Program-made: the position numbers and the translations under genes
Notes under the pieces: model-generated
What the model was told of the DNA's origin: nothing
Seen by the model: only the letters and a program-made list of their open reading frames with translations
Database searches by the model: none
IMG/VR virus record: IMGVR_UViG_3300037482_000259
Location: 1-51,337 of that record
Direction: 5' to 3' (one strand)
From: a virus
Lineage: Duplodnaviria > Caudoviricetes
DNA length: 51,337 bases
Shown: positions 9,142-18,797 of the stretch, in pieces
Position numbering within the stretch: position 1 is the first letter of the stretch
Layout: every line of letters begins with the position of its first letter

Positions 9142-9665
9142 TAGTTGTTCGTCCGGCTCAGCTCGATCCAGTTGGTGCCGTCCGAGAACAGCACAATCGT
9201 GTCGTACTGGCCCAGGGTCACGTTGCCGGCCAGCTTGAGCGTGCCGGTGTCGGTGATGCCGATGCTGGTGCTGGCGCTATTCCAGAGCACGAGCACGTCG
9301 CCGGCGGCACCGGCGGCGATGTCGTCTGTGCCCACGGTGCCGGCGGACTCCAGCTCTTGCAGCGTGCCCGTGGGCGTGATGGGGACGTCGTTGGTGACGC
9401 TGACGGCCGTCTGGCCGCTCAGCGTGAGGTCGGCGCCCACGGTGAGGTCGGCGGTCACACTGGCACTGGCCGCCGTCAGCGCCCCAGTGTTGGCGGTGCC
9501 GGACACGGTGAGGTTGCCCTCGTTGGTCATGCCGTCCACGCCCAGGGTGATGCGATCCGCTACCAGCCAACTGATACGCGTCGCATACTGTTGGGCGGCG
9601 ACCGCCCCGGTCGTGAGCACCAGGAGGATTAGCACGACCAACAGCAACTTGTTGAGTCGGTTCAT
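9141..9665 (-). CDS. Head-fibre/decoration-like protein with an N-terminal signal peptide, 174 aa
   Basis: GGAGGG RBS; MNRLNK-LLLVVLILLVLTTG-AVA signal; 'LTVSG..LTVGADLTLSG' repeats and a 'VLFSDGTNWIEL' fibre-type C-terminus. Confidence 0.65.
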   Translation of the reverse strand: MNRLNKLLLVVLILLVLTTGAVAAQQYATRISWLVADRITLGVDGMTNEGNLTVSGTANTGALTAASASVTADLTVGADLTLSGQTAVSVTNDVPITPTGTLQELESAGTVGTDDIAAGAAGDVLVLWNSASTSIGITDTGTLKLAGNVTLGQYDTIVLFSDGTNWIELSRTNN

Positions 9666-9675
9666 GTCAGCCCTC

Positions 9676-10779
9676 CTATGTCGGCGTGCCATCGGCCCAC
9701 GTCGCACTGTTCACGTAGCGCGGCGTGCCTGCGGTGCGGTCGGCTACGCCCACGCCGAATTCGATGAACATCATCATGTACTGCAAGGGGTAGACGGCGC
9801 CGGCGCCGGACCGTGGGTCAGAGAAGGCCGTCACGATGGGCCGGGTCTGGCCTTTGTCCAGGCGGATGCGCAGCGGGTTGCGCTGCGAGTTGGCCCCGTA
9901 GCTCTTGAAGGCGAACCCGTAGTATTGGGGCATTCCCGGCACGACCTGGATGCGGAACCCGTTGTTGACGCCGATGTAGCGGGATGGGTCCACAACCGCC
10001 CGCTCCTGGGTGATACCCAGTTGGATAAGCGGGTCCGTCACTTTGACCGTATTGGTCAGGGCCAACACGGCCGCCTTGTCGGACTGCCCGATCCACATGT
10101 CGTAGGGCGCTTCATGTCCGTGCTCCTGAAGCTCGTCGGCGGCATCCGTAAACACGGCATTGGTAAACACGCCGCCAGTAATGCCTACGTAATGCTCATG
10201 GGTCGAAGCGAACGTATTGCCGTTCCAGGCCGGGGGCGTGAAATCGACGCTGGTACTGGCTGCCGTGGTGGCAAAGCCGGTACTGTAGCCGGAAGCGCCC
10301 AGCCCATTGCTGGCGCCGCTCTCGTCATCACGATCCAACAGGCGGGTTAGAATAGACACCCGCCAGCGGTCACGCACATCCTTGATAGAATCGGCAATGT
10401 CAGCCTGAATTTGGCTAGTGCGTGCCTTGCGCAGGTAGTCCCAGGTCCACCCAAGCGCCCGGTCCCAGGAGAGTAGGGGCAGCATATGCCCTTCCGTGGC
10501 CGCCCGCTTGGCGTCCGGGCGTCCGTACTCGGTGTGCCGTTCCATGCCGTTGGAGACGCCCACCCGGTATTCGACTTCCAGTTGATCGGTGTAGCTGACC
10601 AGGGAAGACCAAAGCGGGTCGCCGAACAGCTCGCCGTTGAGCGCGCCGAGGGCGGCGTTCATCTGCGCCACGACAGCGGCGAACGTGGTGCCGTCCTGTA
10701 ACTCGAAATTCTGTAGTTCCGTGGCATCCCAGCCGGTCAGCATGACCAGGGATGTAGTATCTCGCGGTCCTAGTGCCAT
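9676..10779 (-). CDS. Major capsid protein, 367 aa
   Basis: Size, position after scaffold and decoration genes, strong RBS. Confidence 0.8.
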   Translation of the reverse strand: MALGPRDTTSLVMLTGWDATELQNFELQDGTTFAAVVAQMNAALGALNGELFGDPLWSSLVSYTDQLEVEYRVGVSNGMERHTEYGRPDAKRAATEGHMLPLLSWDRALGWTWDYLRKARTSQIQADIADSIKDVRDRWRVSILTRLLDRDDESGASNGLGASGYSTGFATTAASTSVDFTPPAWNGNTFASTHEHYVGITGGVFTNAVFTDAADELQEHGHEAPYDMWIGQSDKAAVLALTNTVKVTDPLIQLGITQERAVVDPSRYIGVNNGFRIQVVPGMPQYYGFAFKSYGANSQRNPLRIRLDKGQTRPIVTAFSDPRSGAGAVYPLQYMMMFIEFGVGVADRTAGTPRYVNSATWADGTPT

Positions 10780-10793
10780 AGTTGCTATCCTCC

Positions 10794-11183
10794 CTATGAC
10801 CTGTCGATAAACTCAACTCGCACAAAGAGCACTGTGGCCGCTTCGGTGACGCCCACGAGTACATCCTTGGTGCCTACGGATTCCGACGGTTCGCCGGCCG
10901 TGTCGCTGGCGTAGACAAGATTTCCGGGCGTGCCGTCGGTCAGACACACCACTGGACCGAACACGACTACGTCCACGCGCTGGCCAGCGACGGCGGCTTC
11001 GATGGCGATGCCCAGTACGACCGACCCGGTAAAGGCGCCGGTGTCTGCCGGGTCCACATAGCCATCGGCCATCATGGATACAACTTCGCCGGCGGCGATG
11101 GTGGCCCCGGCGGTGAAGCGGCGCACAATCGCACCCTCAAGGGGCTTGATTAGCTCCGCTGTAGCGTTGCGTTCAAAGCTCAT
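10794..11183 (-). CDS. Capsid cement/decoration protein, 129 aa
   Basis: 'AGATIAAGEVV...GIAIEAAVAGQRVDV..G' beta-tulip-type pattern; lies between scaffold and MCP. Confidence 0.75.
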   Translation of the reverse strand: MSFERNATAELIKPLEGAIVRRFTAGATIAAGEVVSMMADGYVDPADTGAFTGSVVLGIAIEAAVAGQRVDVVVFGPVVCLTDGTPGNLVYASDTAGEPSESVGTKDVLVGVTEAATVLFVRVEFIDRS

Positions 11184-11192
11184 GTTTGACTC

Positions 11193-11756
11193 CTAACTGA
11201 CTTTCAGGTATTCCGGCTTGACTCCATAGATAGCAGCCAGTTCGGCCGGGTCCAGGCCGGTTGGATTCTGGCCCGGCACACGTCCATCCCCGCCCCCGCT
11301 GTTGGTGTTGGGAGGCGTGGGCTTGGGCAGGGTTTTCAGGAGTTCCTTGGCGTCGGCGGCCAGTTCTTCCTCCGTCTCGCCCAGCAGGCGGCTGGCCAAT
11401 CCATCGGGCAAGCCGGCGTCCTTGGCGACCTTTGCCCGCAACATGGCAAGCTGTGCGGCTTTGGCCTGTGCCTCTGCCTGTTCCCGCTTGGCGATCTCCG
11501 CCTCGTACAACTCCTTGAACTTGCCCGATTCCTCGGCTGCCTTGCGCTCTGCGTCCGCCTGTGCTTTCGTGGCGGTCTGCTGTGCCTTTTTGAGCTGGCT
11601 CAATTGGTCGTTGATTTCCTTGAACCGGCTGTAGGGCACGGTCTGCTCTGGCGTCTCAGGGGCCGGTGTCTCGGTGTTTAGCGCCGCCGCCGGCGTGGCC
11701 TCTGGGGTCGCCTCTGGTGCTACGGTTACGGGTGTTGCCGTTACTTCGTCTGCCAT
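11193..11756 (-). CDS. Capsid scaffolding protein, 187 aa
   Basis: Acidic Pro-rich N-terminus, 'VPYSRFKEIN', coiled coil, 'GLP..LASRLLGETEEELAADAKEL'. Confidence 0.88.
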   Translation of the reverse strand: MADEVTATPVTVAPEATPEATPAAALNTETPAPETPEQTVPYSRFKEINDQLSQLKKAQQTATKAQADAERKAAEESGKFKELYEAEIAKREQAEAQAKAAQLAMLRAKVAKDAGLPDGLASRLLGETEEELAADAKELLKTLPKPTPPNTNSGGGDGRVPGQNPTGLDPAELAAIYGVKPEYLKVS

Positions 11757-11798
11757 GGTTCCCTTTCTCCGGGTTTAACGTGTCCGCCACGAGGGAAT

Positions 11799-11843
11799 AA
11801 AAAAAGGCTGCGACACAAGGACTTATGTCCTCATGCCGCAGCC
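11799..11843 (-). terminator. Intrinsic terminator upstream of the scaffold gene
   Basis: GGCTGCGGCATGAGGAC-ATAA-GTCCTTGTGTCGCAGCC followed by T7. Confidence 0.8.
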
Positions 11844-11881
11844 GGTTTGACGGGTGGAGCAAACGGTATTCGGTTAGGGTA

Positions 11882-12082
11882 CTAGCCTAGATGTATGATC
11901 TTCCTCTGCTTGCCCATTAGCCGCCACACATTGTACAGGGCGGCAATTAGGGTGCGCTCCAGACGTTCCAGGTCAGGACGCAGAACGTCTGTGCCCTCTG
12001 TGTGAATTATCGCACGATTTGCACCGGGCGTCAATAGCGATTCGCAACATTCTTTGCTATTTGCAACATTATCCACGGACAT
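11882..12082 (-). CDS. Small hypothetical protein (true start uncertain)
   Basis: Amphipathic C-terminal helix 'LERLERTLIAALYNVWRLMGK'; the 5' half overlaps a promoter. Confidence 0.45.
   Translation of the reverse strand: MSVDNVANSKECCESLLTPGANRAIIHTEGTDVLRPDLERLERTLIAALYNVWRLMGKQRKIIHLG
12006..12034 (-). promoter_or_regulatory. Sigma70-type promoter TTGACG-17-GATAAT (extended TG)
   Basis: Consensus spacing; flanked by TTGC-N5-GCAA-like boxes. Confidence 0.7.
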
Positions 12083-12476
12083 ATTGCCTCAGCCTGTCCT
12101 CTGCCATGCGCCGGAACTCCGGTTCCCGCCGCCGGCCGCTACCCTGTAGTGTGTTCTTCCAGAATGGCCGGTGCATCCGTGCCTGCCTGTCCTCATCCTG
12201 CACCCAACGGTTGTAGGGGGCCACGTTGCCGCTGCTTTTCACCTCTGCTACCACGGAGTTACCCTCTATCCTGGTTTCTCGCAGCCACGAGCGGCGCAGG
12301 GTACCGGTCCTGGTGTATCTGGTCGTGGGCCGGGTCGGGTAGGTACGTACATCCCGCAACCACAGGGTAGACACGTCGTCCGCCCATGCTACCGATGCCT
12401 GCCGGATCTGGCCAGGTACACGGTTCAGGTGGCCGATGAATTCGTCCGTGTTGAAGCGGAATACGGAATCAGGCAT
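12069..12476 (-). CDS. HK97 gp10-like neck protein, 135 aa
   Basis: 'RTGTLRRSW', 'NVAPYNRWV', 'RPFW' motifs. Confidence 0.8.
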   Translation of the reverse strand: MPDSVFRFNTDEFIGHLNRVPGQIRQASVAWADDVSTLWLRDVRTYPTRPTTRYTRTGTLRRSWLRETRIEGNSVVAEVKSSGNVAPYNRWVQDEDRQARMHRPFWKNTLQGSGRRREPEFRRMAEDRLRQYVRG

Positions 12477-13344
12477 TGGCCGGCTCCGGCAGCTCGCCCC
12501 GCCACACGAAAGTTTCCTCTGGAGCCAACTCAATGCCGATGGTCAACTGCGTCTCTGGCACCTCGGCGCACCTGCACCGCCCATGGATAGGAGGTCCTTC
12601 TATCTGACCCAGGGTGGGATGATTGTAGCTGCGTTCCCCCTTGCGTCGTACCTGTCCGTGTAGGGGACCGCACCGCTCACAGACATCCTCGTCAGCGGCA
12701 GTCTGATAACGATAGGCCACCACGTTGGGGTTGGCGTCTTCCACTTGCCGCTGTGCCTCCACGAAGATGCGAGTCGTCTCGGTGACGCCTATCAGCTCTG
12801 AACGCACCGGGCCGAACGTGGGCTGCAACGCCTCTATCAAGTCCGGCAGCCCCTTGCCCCTGGCCCCGGCCGGCGTCAACTCGCCCCGGTTCCACCTGGC
12901 GAACTGTTCGGCAAACTGGGCGCGGCCCGTCTCGTTCAGACCCTCGATTCGCCCCACATTGCCGGGGTCAAATGAGGTGTAATAGTTCTCCGCCCAGTCG
13001 ATCGCCTGCTGGTTGATAGCGTCGAAGCTGCCCTCGAATCCACCTGTCACCGCCGCCGTGATGGCCCGTTCCTGCACCACGGTCAGCCAGTCATTGCGCA
13101 CGGCTGCCCATAGGCGTTCGTTCTCGGCGGCAAAGAATGCGTCCACCTGGGCCTGCGTGGGCTGCGTGCGCACGAGGTCCAGTAGGCGTGCCTGTTGCCC
13201 ATCTAGCGCCCGCTGCGTCGATTCCATCATGACCAGTTCCGCCCACTGGCGAGCCGCTTCCGGGTTCAGTTGGCGTTCCAACATCTCGGCCATGTCCAGG
13301 TCGATGACGCCGGCTTGCAGCAGGGCCAGGATAAGCGGGTTCAC
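12469..13344 (-). CDS. Minor head protein (Mu gpF/SPP1 gp7-like), 291 aa
   Basis: 'RSELIGVTETTR', 'YQTAADEDVCERCGPLHG', 'PPIHGRCRC'. Confidence 0.9.
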   Translation of the reverse strand: MNPLILALLQAGVIDLDMAEMLERQLNPEAARQWAELVMMESTQRALDGQQARLLDLVRTQPTQAQVDAFFAAENERLWAAVRNDWLTVVQERAITAAVTGGFEGSFDAINQQAIDWAENYYTSFDPGNVGRIEGLNETGRAQFAEQFARWNRGELTPAGARGKGLPDLIEALQPTFGPVRSELIGVTETTRIFVEAQRQVEDANPNVVAYRYQTAADEDVCERCGPLHGQVRRKGERSYNHPTLGQIEGPPIHGRCRCAEVPETQLTIGIELAPEETFVWRGELPEPANA

Positions 13345-13655
13345 GTATTCAGCGCCTCAATCAGGTCCGCCTTGTTCATGACGGTGTAGCCTGCCAGCGC
13401 CCGCTCTTTGGCCAGCGCCCGCAGCTCTGCCACCGTCCAGGAGTCGTCAACCGATTGCAGGGCTGCCACTTCGTCATCGTCCAGCACGAAGCCCGCCGCC
13501 AAGTCTGTCACCGAGTACTCAGGTGGTTCCTCTTTGGCCTTGACCGGCTCCTCGCTGTACTTGCCGCTGGCCACCAGTTCCTTTGCCCAGTTCGGCGCAT
13601 AGCAGATAAGTTCCTCGCCGGTCTGGGTGTTATACAGGGTTATTGGTTCGCTCAC
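13341..13655 (-). CDS. Small protein with a C-terminal Rho-N/HeH-like domain
   Basis: 'WTVAELRALAKERALAGYTVMNKADLIEAL'. Confidence 0.75.
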   Translation of the reverse strand: MSEPITLYNTQTGEELICYAPNWAKELVASGKYSEEPVKAKEEPPEYSVTDLAAGFVLDDDEVAALQSVDDSWTVAELRALAKERALAGYTVMNKADLIEALNT

Positions 13656-13849
13656 TCAATTACCTCCGAATGAATCAATCGGTTATCGGCATCAAACTCC
13701 AATTCCACATAGAATGTTTTGTGGCACCTGCGACAACGCCCCACGAACTTGTCGACCGACGAGACTAAGCCGGGCCGTAAATTGGATATGGTTTCCCAAT
13801 CATGGCAATTGCACAAACAAACATTTTTGGCATCTACAAGTTCAGTCAT
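13652..13849 (-). CDS. Small Cys-rich (zinc-ribbon) protein, 65 aa
   Basis: CxCxC...CRRC; ATGA overlap with the portal stop. Confidence 0.6.
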   Translation of the reverse strand: MTELVDAKNVCLCNCHDWETISNLRPGLVSSVDKFVGRCRRCHKTFYVELEFDADNRLIHSEVIE

Positions 13850-15399
13850 ATTTGTGTCGCTCCATTCTGTCTTGGTTGCCCATTCGTAGCGCCTACCCGC
13901 TCCTGGTTGCGTTGGTCCTGCAACCTGAGCGACGTCGCAATCTGGGCGATGGTGGTGGCCCTCTCTGCCCGTTCCGCCTGGGTCCAACTGGCTATCTTCT
14001 CTGGCGTGTAGCCAAGCATCAGCCAGATTTCCTCAGTAGGCACTTCCAGCCGCTTGTGCGCTTCCGCCGTCTGGGCTACCATCGCCTCGTTGCGCACTTC
14101 CGGGTCCTTCCATTGTACGTCGATATTCAGTTCGTCCAGGGCGTTGCTAAAGCCCGGCCCAAAGGCATCCATGACCTTGATGGCCAGTTCCATCACGTCC
14201 GCCCATGCCTGGCCGAACACCAGTTGCCTTTCTTCTGCCCTTTGTACCAGGCCGGACTCTAGTTGCTTCAACGCCTCGCCACTGGGCACGTCGCCACCCA
14301 TGGGCCTCAGGTAGTATTGCGGTGTGCGGCTCACACCGGAGATAGCAGCGGTAAGCGTCCAGATTACCTCAATCATGGGGGCTAACTGGGCAGGTTCCAG
14401 CCGATGCACCCTGGCCTGGTCTACTTCCAACAGCTTGCCCGGCGCCATACGCAGTTCGTCCGTGCCTTCCAGGTCGTCGTCGCCCTCCGTCAAGTCGGCG
14501 GATGGCGTCTCGTATTCGACGGCCACGATGGGGAAACCAGAAGCGTCCGCCGCAGCTAGCAGGTCTAGCCATGCCTTGTTTAGCGCATTTTGCAGGCCGA
14601 TGATTTGCGCTACCTCTGAGCCGTCCGGGTTCTCGAATTCCTTTATGGCGATACCAAGTGGCTGGCCGGTGCGCTCATTGAACCACGGTAACGGCCAGAC
14701 CGCATCCCCCGGGTCAAGGTAGGGCTCCCAACTGTAGTCGGCGCCGGCCTTGCGCACGTACTTCCTGATTTGGTCGGGCAGGTAGGTGGTTTTCCTCTCC
14801 CGCCCGGCCTGCCCTGGATTCAATGGATCTATGCCGGTGTAGAAATACCGGTTGGCAAACAGGACGTGGTTGGGGTCTTCCGGGTCGCGGTGGTAGGTGA
14901 TGCCGACCGTCCCATCGTCCACGCCGAACAGGGTGAACTTTGGCCGCTCGTTCTCACCGTCATAGCTCACCTCCATATACGACTTGCCGTCACGCATGGC
15001 CCGCTTGTAGAGCCGGTTCTGCTGTGCGTCCAGGCGACTGTCTGACCACCAGTCCCACAGCAGGCTGGCCATCTCGGCGGCCGGCGTGGCCCCTTCTGCC
15101 TCTTCGTCCACATCGTCTGGCGACTCCCCATTGACCGTGAACCCTGTCACCTGTAGGCGCTCCCTGAGCGTGTCGATAATGGAGCGGGTCAGGTTGTGGG
15201 CAAACTCGAATTCGCTCTCGGTGAGCAGGCTGCCCAGGTACTCTTGCTGGCGGTTGGTGAGCAATACCGGGTGCTCGCCGTCGTAGTACTTGCGTAGGGC
15301 ACGCACCTTGGCGGCATCTTTGGCCTGCCTATCCAGGACGGATTGCAAATGGATGAATCTATCCAACTGGGTCGGGGTCAACCGGGAAATGTCTATCAT
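13846..15399 (-). CDS. Portal protein (SPP1 gp6-like), 517 aa
   Basis: 'YYDGEH', 'SGEALK', 'WKDPE', 'MLGYT'; follows TerL. Confidence 0.93.
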   Translation of the reverse strand: MIDISRLTPTQLDRFIHLQSVLDRQAKDAAKVRALRKYYDGEHPVLLTNRQQEYLGSLLTESEFEFAHNLTRSIIDTLRERLQVTGFTVNGESPDDVDEEAEGATPAAEMASLLWDWWSDSRLDAQQNRLYKRAMRDGKSYMEVSYDGENERPKFTLFGVDDGTVGITYHRDPEDPNHVLFANRYFYTGIDPLNPGQAGRERKTTYLPDQIRKYVRKAGADYSWEPYLDPGDAVWPLPWFNERTGQPLGIAIKEFENPDGSEVAQIIGLQNALNKAWLDLLAAADASGFPIVAVEYETPSADLTEGDDDLEGTDELRMAPGKLLEVDQARVHRLEPAQLAPMIEVIWTLTAAISGVSRTPQYYLRPMGGDVPSGEALKQLESGLVQRAEERQLVFGQAWADVMELAIKVMDAFGPGFSNALDELNIDVQWKDPEVRNEAMVAQTAEAHKRLEVPTEEIWLMLGYTPEKIASWTQAERAERATTIAQIATSLRLQDQRNQERVGATNGQPRQNGATQI

Positions 15400-16787
15400 T
15401 AGTACTCCCTGGTGCGGGCACGTCTGCCACCGCGGGTGAGTTGCATGAACGCCGCCGATGCCGCATCTACCATGTCGTCATGGGCGCCGGTCGGGAAAGA
15501 GGTCAGTTCGTCCAGGAACGCCTTGTTCCATGCGGCCTTTTTCAACTTGACGTTGCCGGCCTCTGCCTGAGCTGCGAACGGGTCGGCGCGCAGTTGCTTG
15601 TCGCCTGTGACCGGGGCCGTGCTGACCACAAAGCCCGCCAGCATCTTGACAAACTCCTGGGCCACGTCTTTGCCGCTGCTGCCAGGCTCCTGTTCCGCCC
15701 AGATGCGTACCTTGCCGATGGCCGTGTCGTTGTCCAGTTCCGCCGTCTGCCTTATCAGCTTATTGCGCTCATCACTGGACCACTGGCCGCATACTACGTC
15801 CTCGACATAGTAGATGCCGTTGACCAGGGCCATGAGCACGCCCGCCGTATAGTCGCCGGCCCCGGCTGTGGACGCTTTGTCCCAGGCACGCACGCGTGTG
15901 CCACCCCTGGGCGTCTCGCGCAAGATTTCAAACCAGGACCGCTTGAAGAAATCGCCCTCTTTGGGCTGCGGCCTCTGCTGGTAGAGCGCATGGTAGCTGT
16001 TGCCCAACACAAGCCGGATATCGGCCAGGGCGTCCAGGTCGAAGCGGTCGGGACACAATGCCTCGCCGGGTTGTCGCCAGGGATCGCCTTCCTCTGCTTC
16101 TGCCGGCAGGTTGACGACTTCCCAGTCAGCCCCCAGTTCACTGGCCAGGATGCGGCCGGCCAGATCGTCCTCGTGCCAGCGGGTCATAATGAGCACAATG
16201 GCGCCGCCCGGTTCCAAGCGGGTGTAGAGATCGTCGGTGTACCACTCCCACACCCGTTCCCGGTAGGTCTGCGAGTTGGCTTCCTCCCGGTTTTTCACCG
16301 GGTCGTCTATGATTATGAGGTTGCCGCCCTGGCCGGTGATGCCGCCGCCCACGCCCACGGCCCGGAAGCCGCCGCCCTGGGCCGTCTCCCATTCCTCGAC
16401 CGCTGACCGCTCCGGGTCCAGATCCAGGCGTTCCGCTGCGATGCGCCGAGACTTGCGACTAAATCGGTTGGCAAGTATCTGGTTGTAGGCGCCCACGATC
16501 ACCTTTAGCTGCGAGTCCTTTTCCATGCGCCACACCGGATAGCGCACCGTGACCATCTCCGACTTGCCATGTCGAGGTGGCAGGAAAATCATGAGCCGGG
16601 TCAACTCGCCACTGGTCACACGCTCCAACTGTTCCTGCACATGGCGCAAGTGTGGCCAGCCCCATTGCCAGGTAGGCGAGACTATGGGCAACCACAGGTC
16701 GAAGGGTGGCACGACCTGCCTATTGCGTTTGCGCCTTTCCAGTTCAGCGGCGGCCTTAACCTTCAACGATATTGCGTAGCTCATCAT
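15399..16787 (-). CDS. terL: Terminase large subunit, 462 aa
   Basis: Walker A 'PPRHGKSE', Walker B 'IIIDDP', 'MTRWHEDDL', nuclease motifs 'AWDKA' and 'HDDMVDA'. Confidence 0.97.
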   Translation of the reverse strand: MMSYAISLKVKAAAELERRKRNRQVVPPFDLWLPIVSPTWQWGWPHLRHVQEQLERVTSGELTRLMIFLPPRHGKSEMVTVRYPVWRMEKDSQLKVIVGAYNQILANRFSRKSRRIAAERLDLDPERSAVEEWETAQGGGFRAVGVGGGITGQGGNLIIIDDPVKNREEANSQTYRERVWEWYTDDLYTRLEPGGAIVLIMTRWHEDDLAGRILASELGADWEVVNLPAEAEEGDPWRQPGEALCPDRFDLDALADIRLVLGNSYHALYQQRPQPKEGDFFKRSWFEILRETPRGGTRVRAWDKASTAGAGDYTAGVLMALVNGIYYVEDVVCGQWSSDERNKLIRQTAELDNDTAIGKVRIWAEQEPGSSGKDVAQEFVKMLAGFVVSTAPVTGDKQLRADPFAAQAEAGNVKLKKAAWNKAFLDELTSFPTGAHDDMVDAASAAFMQLTRGGRRARTREY

Positions 16788-17106
16788 CGCTCAATTCGGA
16801 TACGTCGATATGCCCGCTGTGCTTTACTTCCGATTTCTCCGTGTAGCCGCGGGACTTGCCCTGCGTGCGTAGGAAGAACAGTAGTTCCTGCGTGCTGCCG
16901 TCCAGCACCTTTTTGTAAAGGACCGACTCGGCGTTGTCCAGCATCGTCTCGCGCGCATCGTCCAGGGCGGCCTTGATGGTGGGGTGTGCCTCCATGTAGC
17001 GATAGAGCGTCATGCGGGCAATGCCCATGGACCTAGCCACCGCGGCCAGGTTGCCGTTGACCTCTTTGATTCGCTTGATTACCTGTTCTGCTTTCAAGTC
17101 GGCCAT
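16756..17106 (-). CDS. terS: Terminase small subunit (HTH), 116 aa
   Basis: 'GNLAAVARSMGIARMTLYRY', 'FFLRTQGKSRGY', 'LSDDEL'; upstream of TerL. Confidence 0.85.
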   Translation of the reverse strand: MADLKAEQVIKRIKEVNGNLAAVARSMGIARMTLYRYMEAHPTIKAALDDARETMLDNAESVLYKKVLDGSTQELLFFLRTQGKSRGYTEKSEVKHSGHIDVSELSDDELRNIVEG

Positions 17107-17156
17107 AGTGTCACACTTGCAACAACTCCGGCGTCAGCTTGGTCTTGCGGCCCATG

Positions 17157-18200
17157 TTATGCCTGTAAAATATGCGTCCTGATATGCCGGGCAATGGCTT
17201 CCATGAATAGAGGCGGTACGCTGTTGCCGATGCGTGCCCATTGTTCGGAATACGTACCCACCATTAGATACCTATCTGGGAATGATTGAATTCTTTTAGC
17301 CTCATCAATACTCAGATATCGCTCTCGATTCGGATGGATAATACCAGTCTCGGCAATAGTTTCTTTGGGCAAGGTACAACTCACTCTATCCCATGCGAGT
17401 AATTTGGTATTGATGGAACCAGCAGTGCGTCCTCTGGTCAATCGAAAAGCTCTTAATGCATTATCCCCACTATAATTCCCGGCATTCATCAATCGGACTG
17501 CGCAGAGCATTGATTCACTCAATTTTCTTGGTGAATCAATGCATAATCCCTCAAAAGCAATTCGAGGAATAATCCCCCCACTTTCAGGTTTGGGATGACT
17601 CGACTCAATACCCAAGTCCTCGCGCACGCCGATAAATATCAAACGCTGCCTGGACTGTGGCACATGAAAATACATGGCATTCATGAGCCGGGCCGATACT
17701 TTATAGCCACTGGCCTTGAGTTCTCGCAATATCTCGGCAAAGATGATCTTCATCTTGCCCTTGACCATGCCGGACACATTTTCCATCACAAATACCTTCG
17801 GCTGTAGGCCGCGGAGCAACCGCACATATTCCCGAAAGAGCTGGTTGCGGTCGTCGTCAAAGCGGCGCTTACCGGCTGTACTGAATCCCTGACAGGGTGG
17901 CGAGCCGTCCAGCACATCAAGCTGTCCAGGCTGCAATTCGGTCCGCTGCAAAACTTCCTCAATACTGAGCTTGACAATATCGCCATGGTAGATATCTAAA
18001 TGTGGATAGTTCAGGCACAGGGTCTGAACGGCATTGTCATCCCATTCCACGGCCAGCAGTTCCCGGTAGCCGGCCATCAGGTAGCCGGTCGTGCTGCCCC
18101 CGCCGCCGGCAAAGGTGCTGATCACCGTCGGTGCATCCGGTTCCCGCGGTATGATGGCCTTTTGCCACATTCGTTCAAGATGAGCCGGATAATCGTTCAT
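17157..18200 (-). CDS. DNA (cytosine-5) methyltransferase, 347 aa
   Basis: FAGGGG, GSPPCQGFS, ENV, QSRQR and GNSV motifs. Confidence 0.95.
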   Translation of the reverse strand: MNDYPAHLERMWQKAIIPREPDAPTVISTFAGGGGSTTGYLMAGYRELLAVEWDDNAVQTLCLNYPHLDIYHGDIVKLSIEEVLQRTELQPGQLDVLDGSPPCQGFSTAGKRRFDDDRNQLFREYVRLLRGLQPKVFVMENVSGMVKGKMKIIFAEILRELKASGYKVSARLMNAMYFHVPQSRQRLIFIGVREDLGIESSHPKPESGGIIPRIAFEGLCIDSPRKLSESMLCAVRLMNAGNYSGDNALRAFRLTRGRTAGSINTKLLAWDRVSCTLPKETIAETGIIHPNRERYLSIDEAKRIQSFPDRYLMVGTYSEQWARIGNSVPPLFMEAIARHIRTHILQA

Positions 18201-18745
18201 TTGGGGAACTGATGCCCGCACTGAGGACAGGTACACATCTCTACGTCGTCGGCGACTGACTCATCATATTCCTTGAATTCTACATCGGCATAGTTCAGTC
18301 CTGCCTCCGTCGCCATCTCCGCCAACATCTGCTGCAATGCGGCGTCGGAGGTCTGCACGTCACGCAGCAAACTGTCCAGGATTTCGGCGTCAAACTGAGC
18401 AAGGTCGGTCATGTAGTCAAAAGAGGCCAGAAACAGCGGCTCCTCATCCTCGGCAATGTCCACCTGAACGAAGGGCACGCCCGAGTTATTCTGAAGCGCC
18501 TGCCATACCCGTTCATGGCCGTCCAGCAAGAAACCAGATCTAAGGTTCTCCACGACCGGGGCCACGAATCCCAACTCTCGTAGGGACGCATTGACCACAT
18601 CCCTTTGATGTTGCGGATGCTGGCGTGGGTTCCTGGGATTGAACAGGAACTGGTCTGCCGCCTTGACCCCGTAGCCGACTATGCGATTAGTGAATCCACT
18701 TCCGTTTTCTACCATGACATCTTGCTGCTTATTCGTCAGTGCCAT
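18197..18745 (-). CDS. ParB/Srx-like N-terminal domain protein, 182 aa
   Basis: 'NPRNPRQH...SLRELGF..PVV....LLDGHER'; C-terminal CPQCG. Confidence 0.85.
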   Translation of the reverse strand: MALTNKQQDVMVENGSGFTNRIVGYGVKAADQFLFNPRNPRQHPQHQRDVVNASLRELGFVAPVVENLRSGFLLDGHERVWQALQNNSGVPFVQVDIAEDEEPLFLASFDYMTDLAQFDAEILDSLLRDVQTSDAALQQMLAEMATEAGLNYADVEFKEYDESVADDVEMCTCPQCGHQFPK

Positions 18746-18797
18746 GCGTCTGCCATCATCCTACCTGTTGCCATGCGTCATACCCACGGGCGGGGGG

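Noticed and set aside
18197-18745. Plasmid partition system
   Set aside because: Only the ParB/Srx N-domain is present, coupled to an MTase before terS, a common phage arrangement; there is no ParA or HTH.
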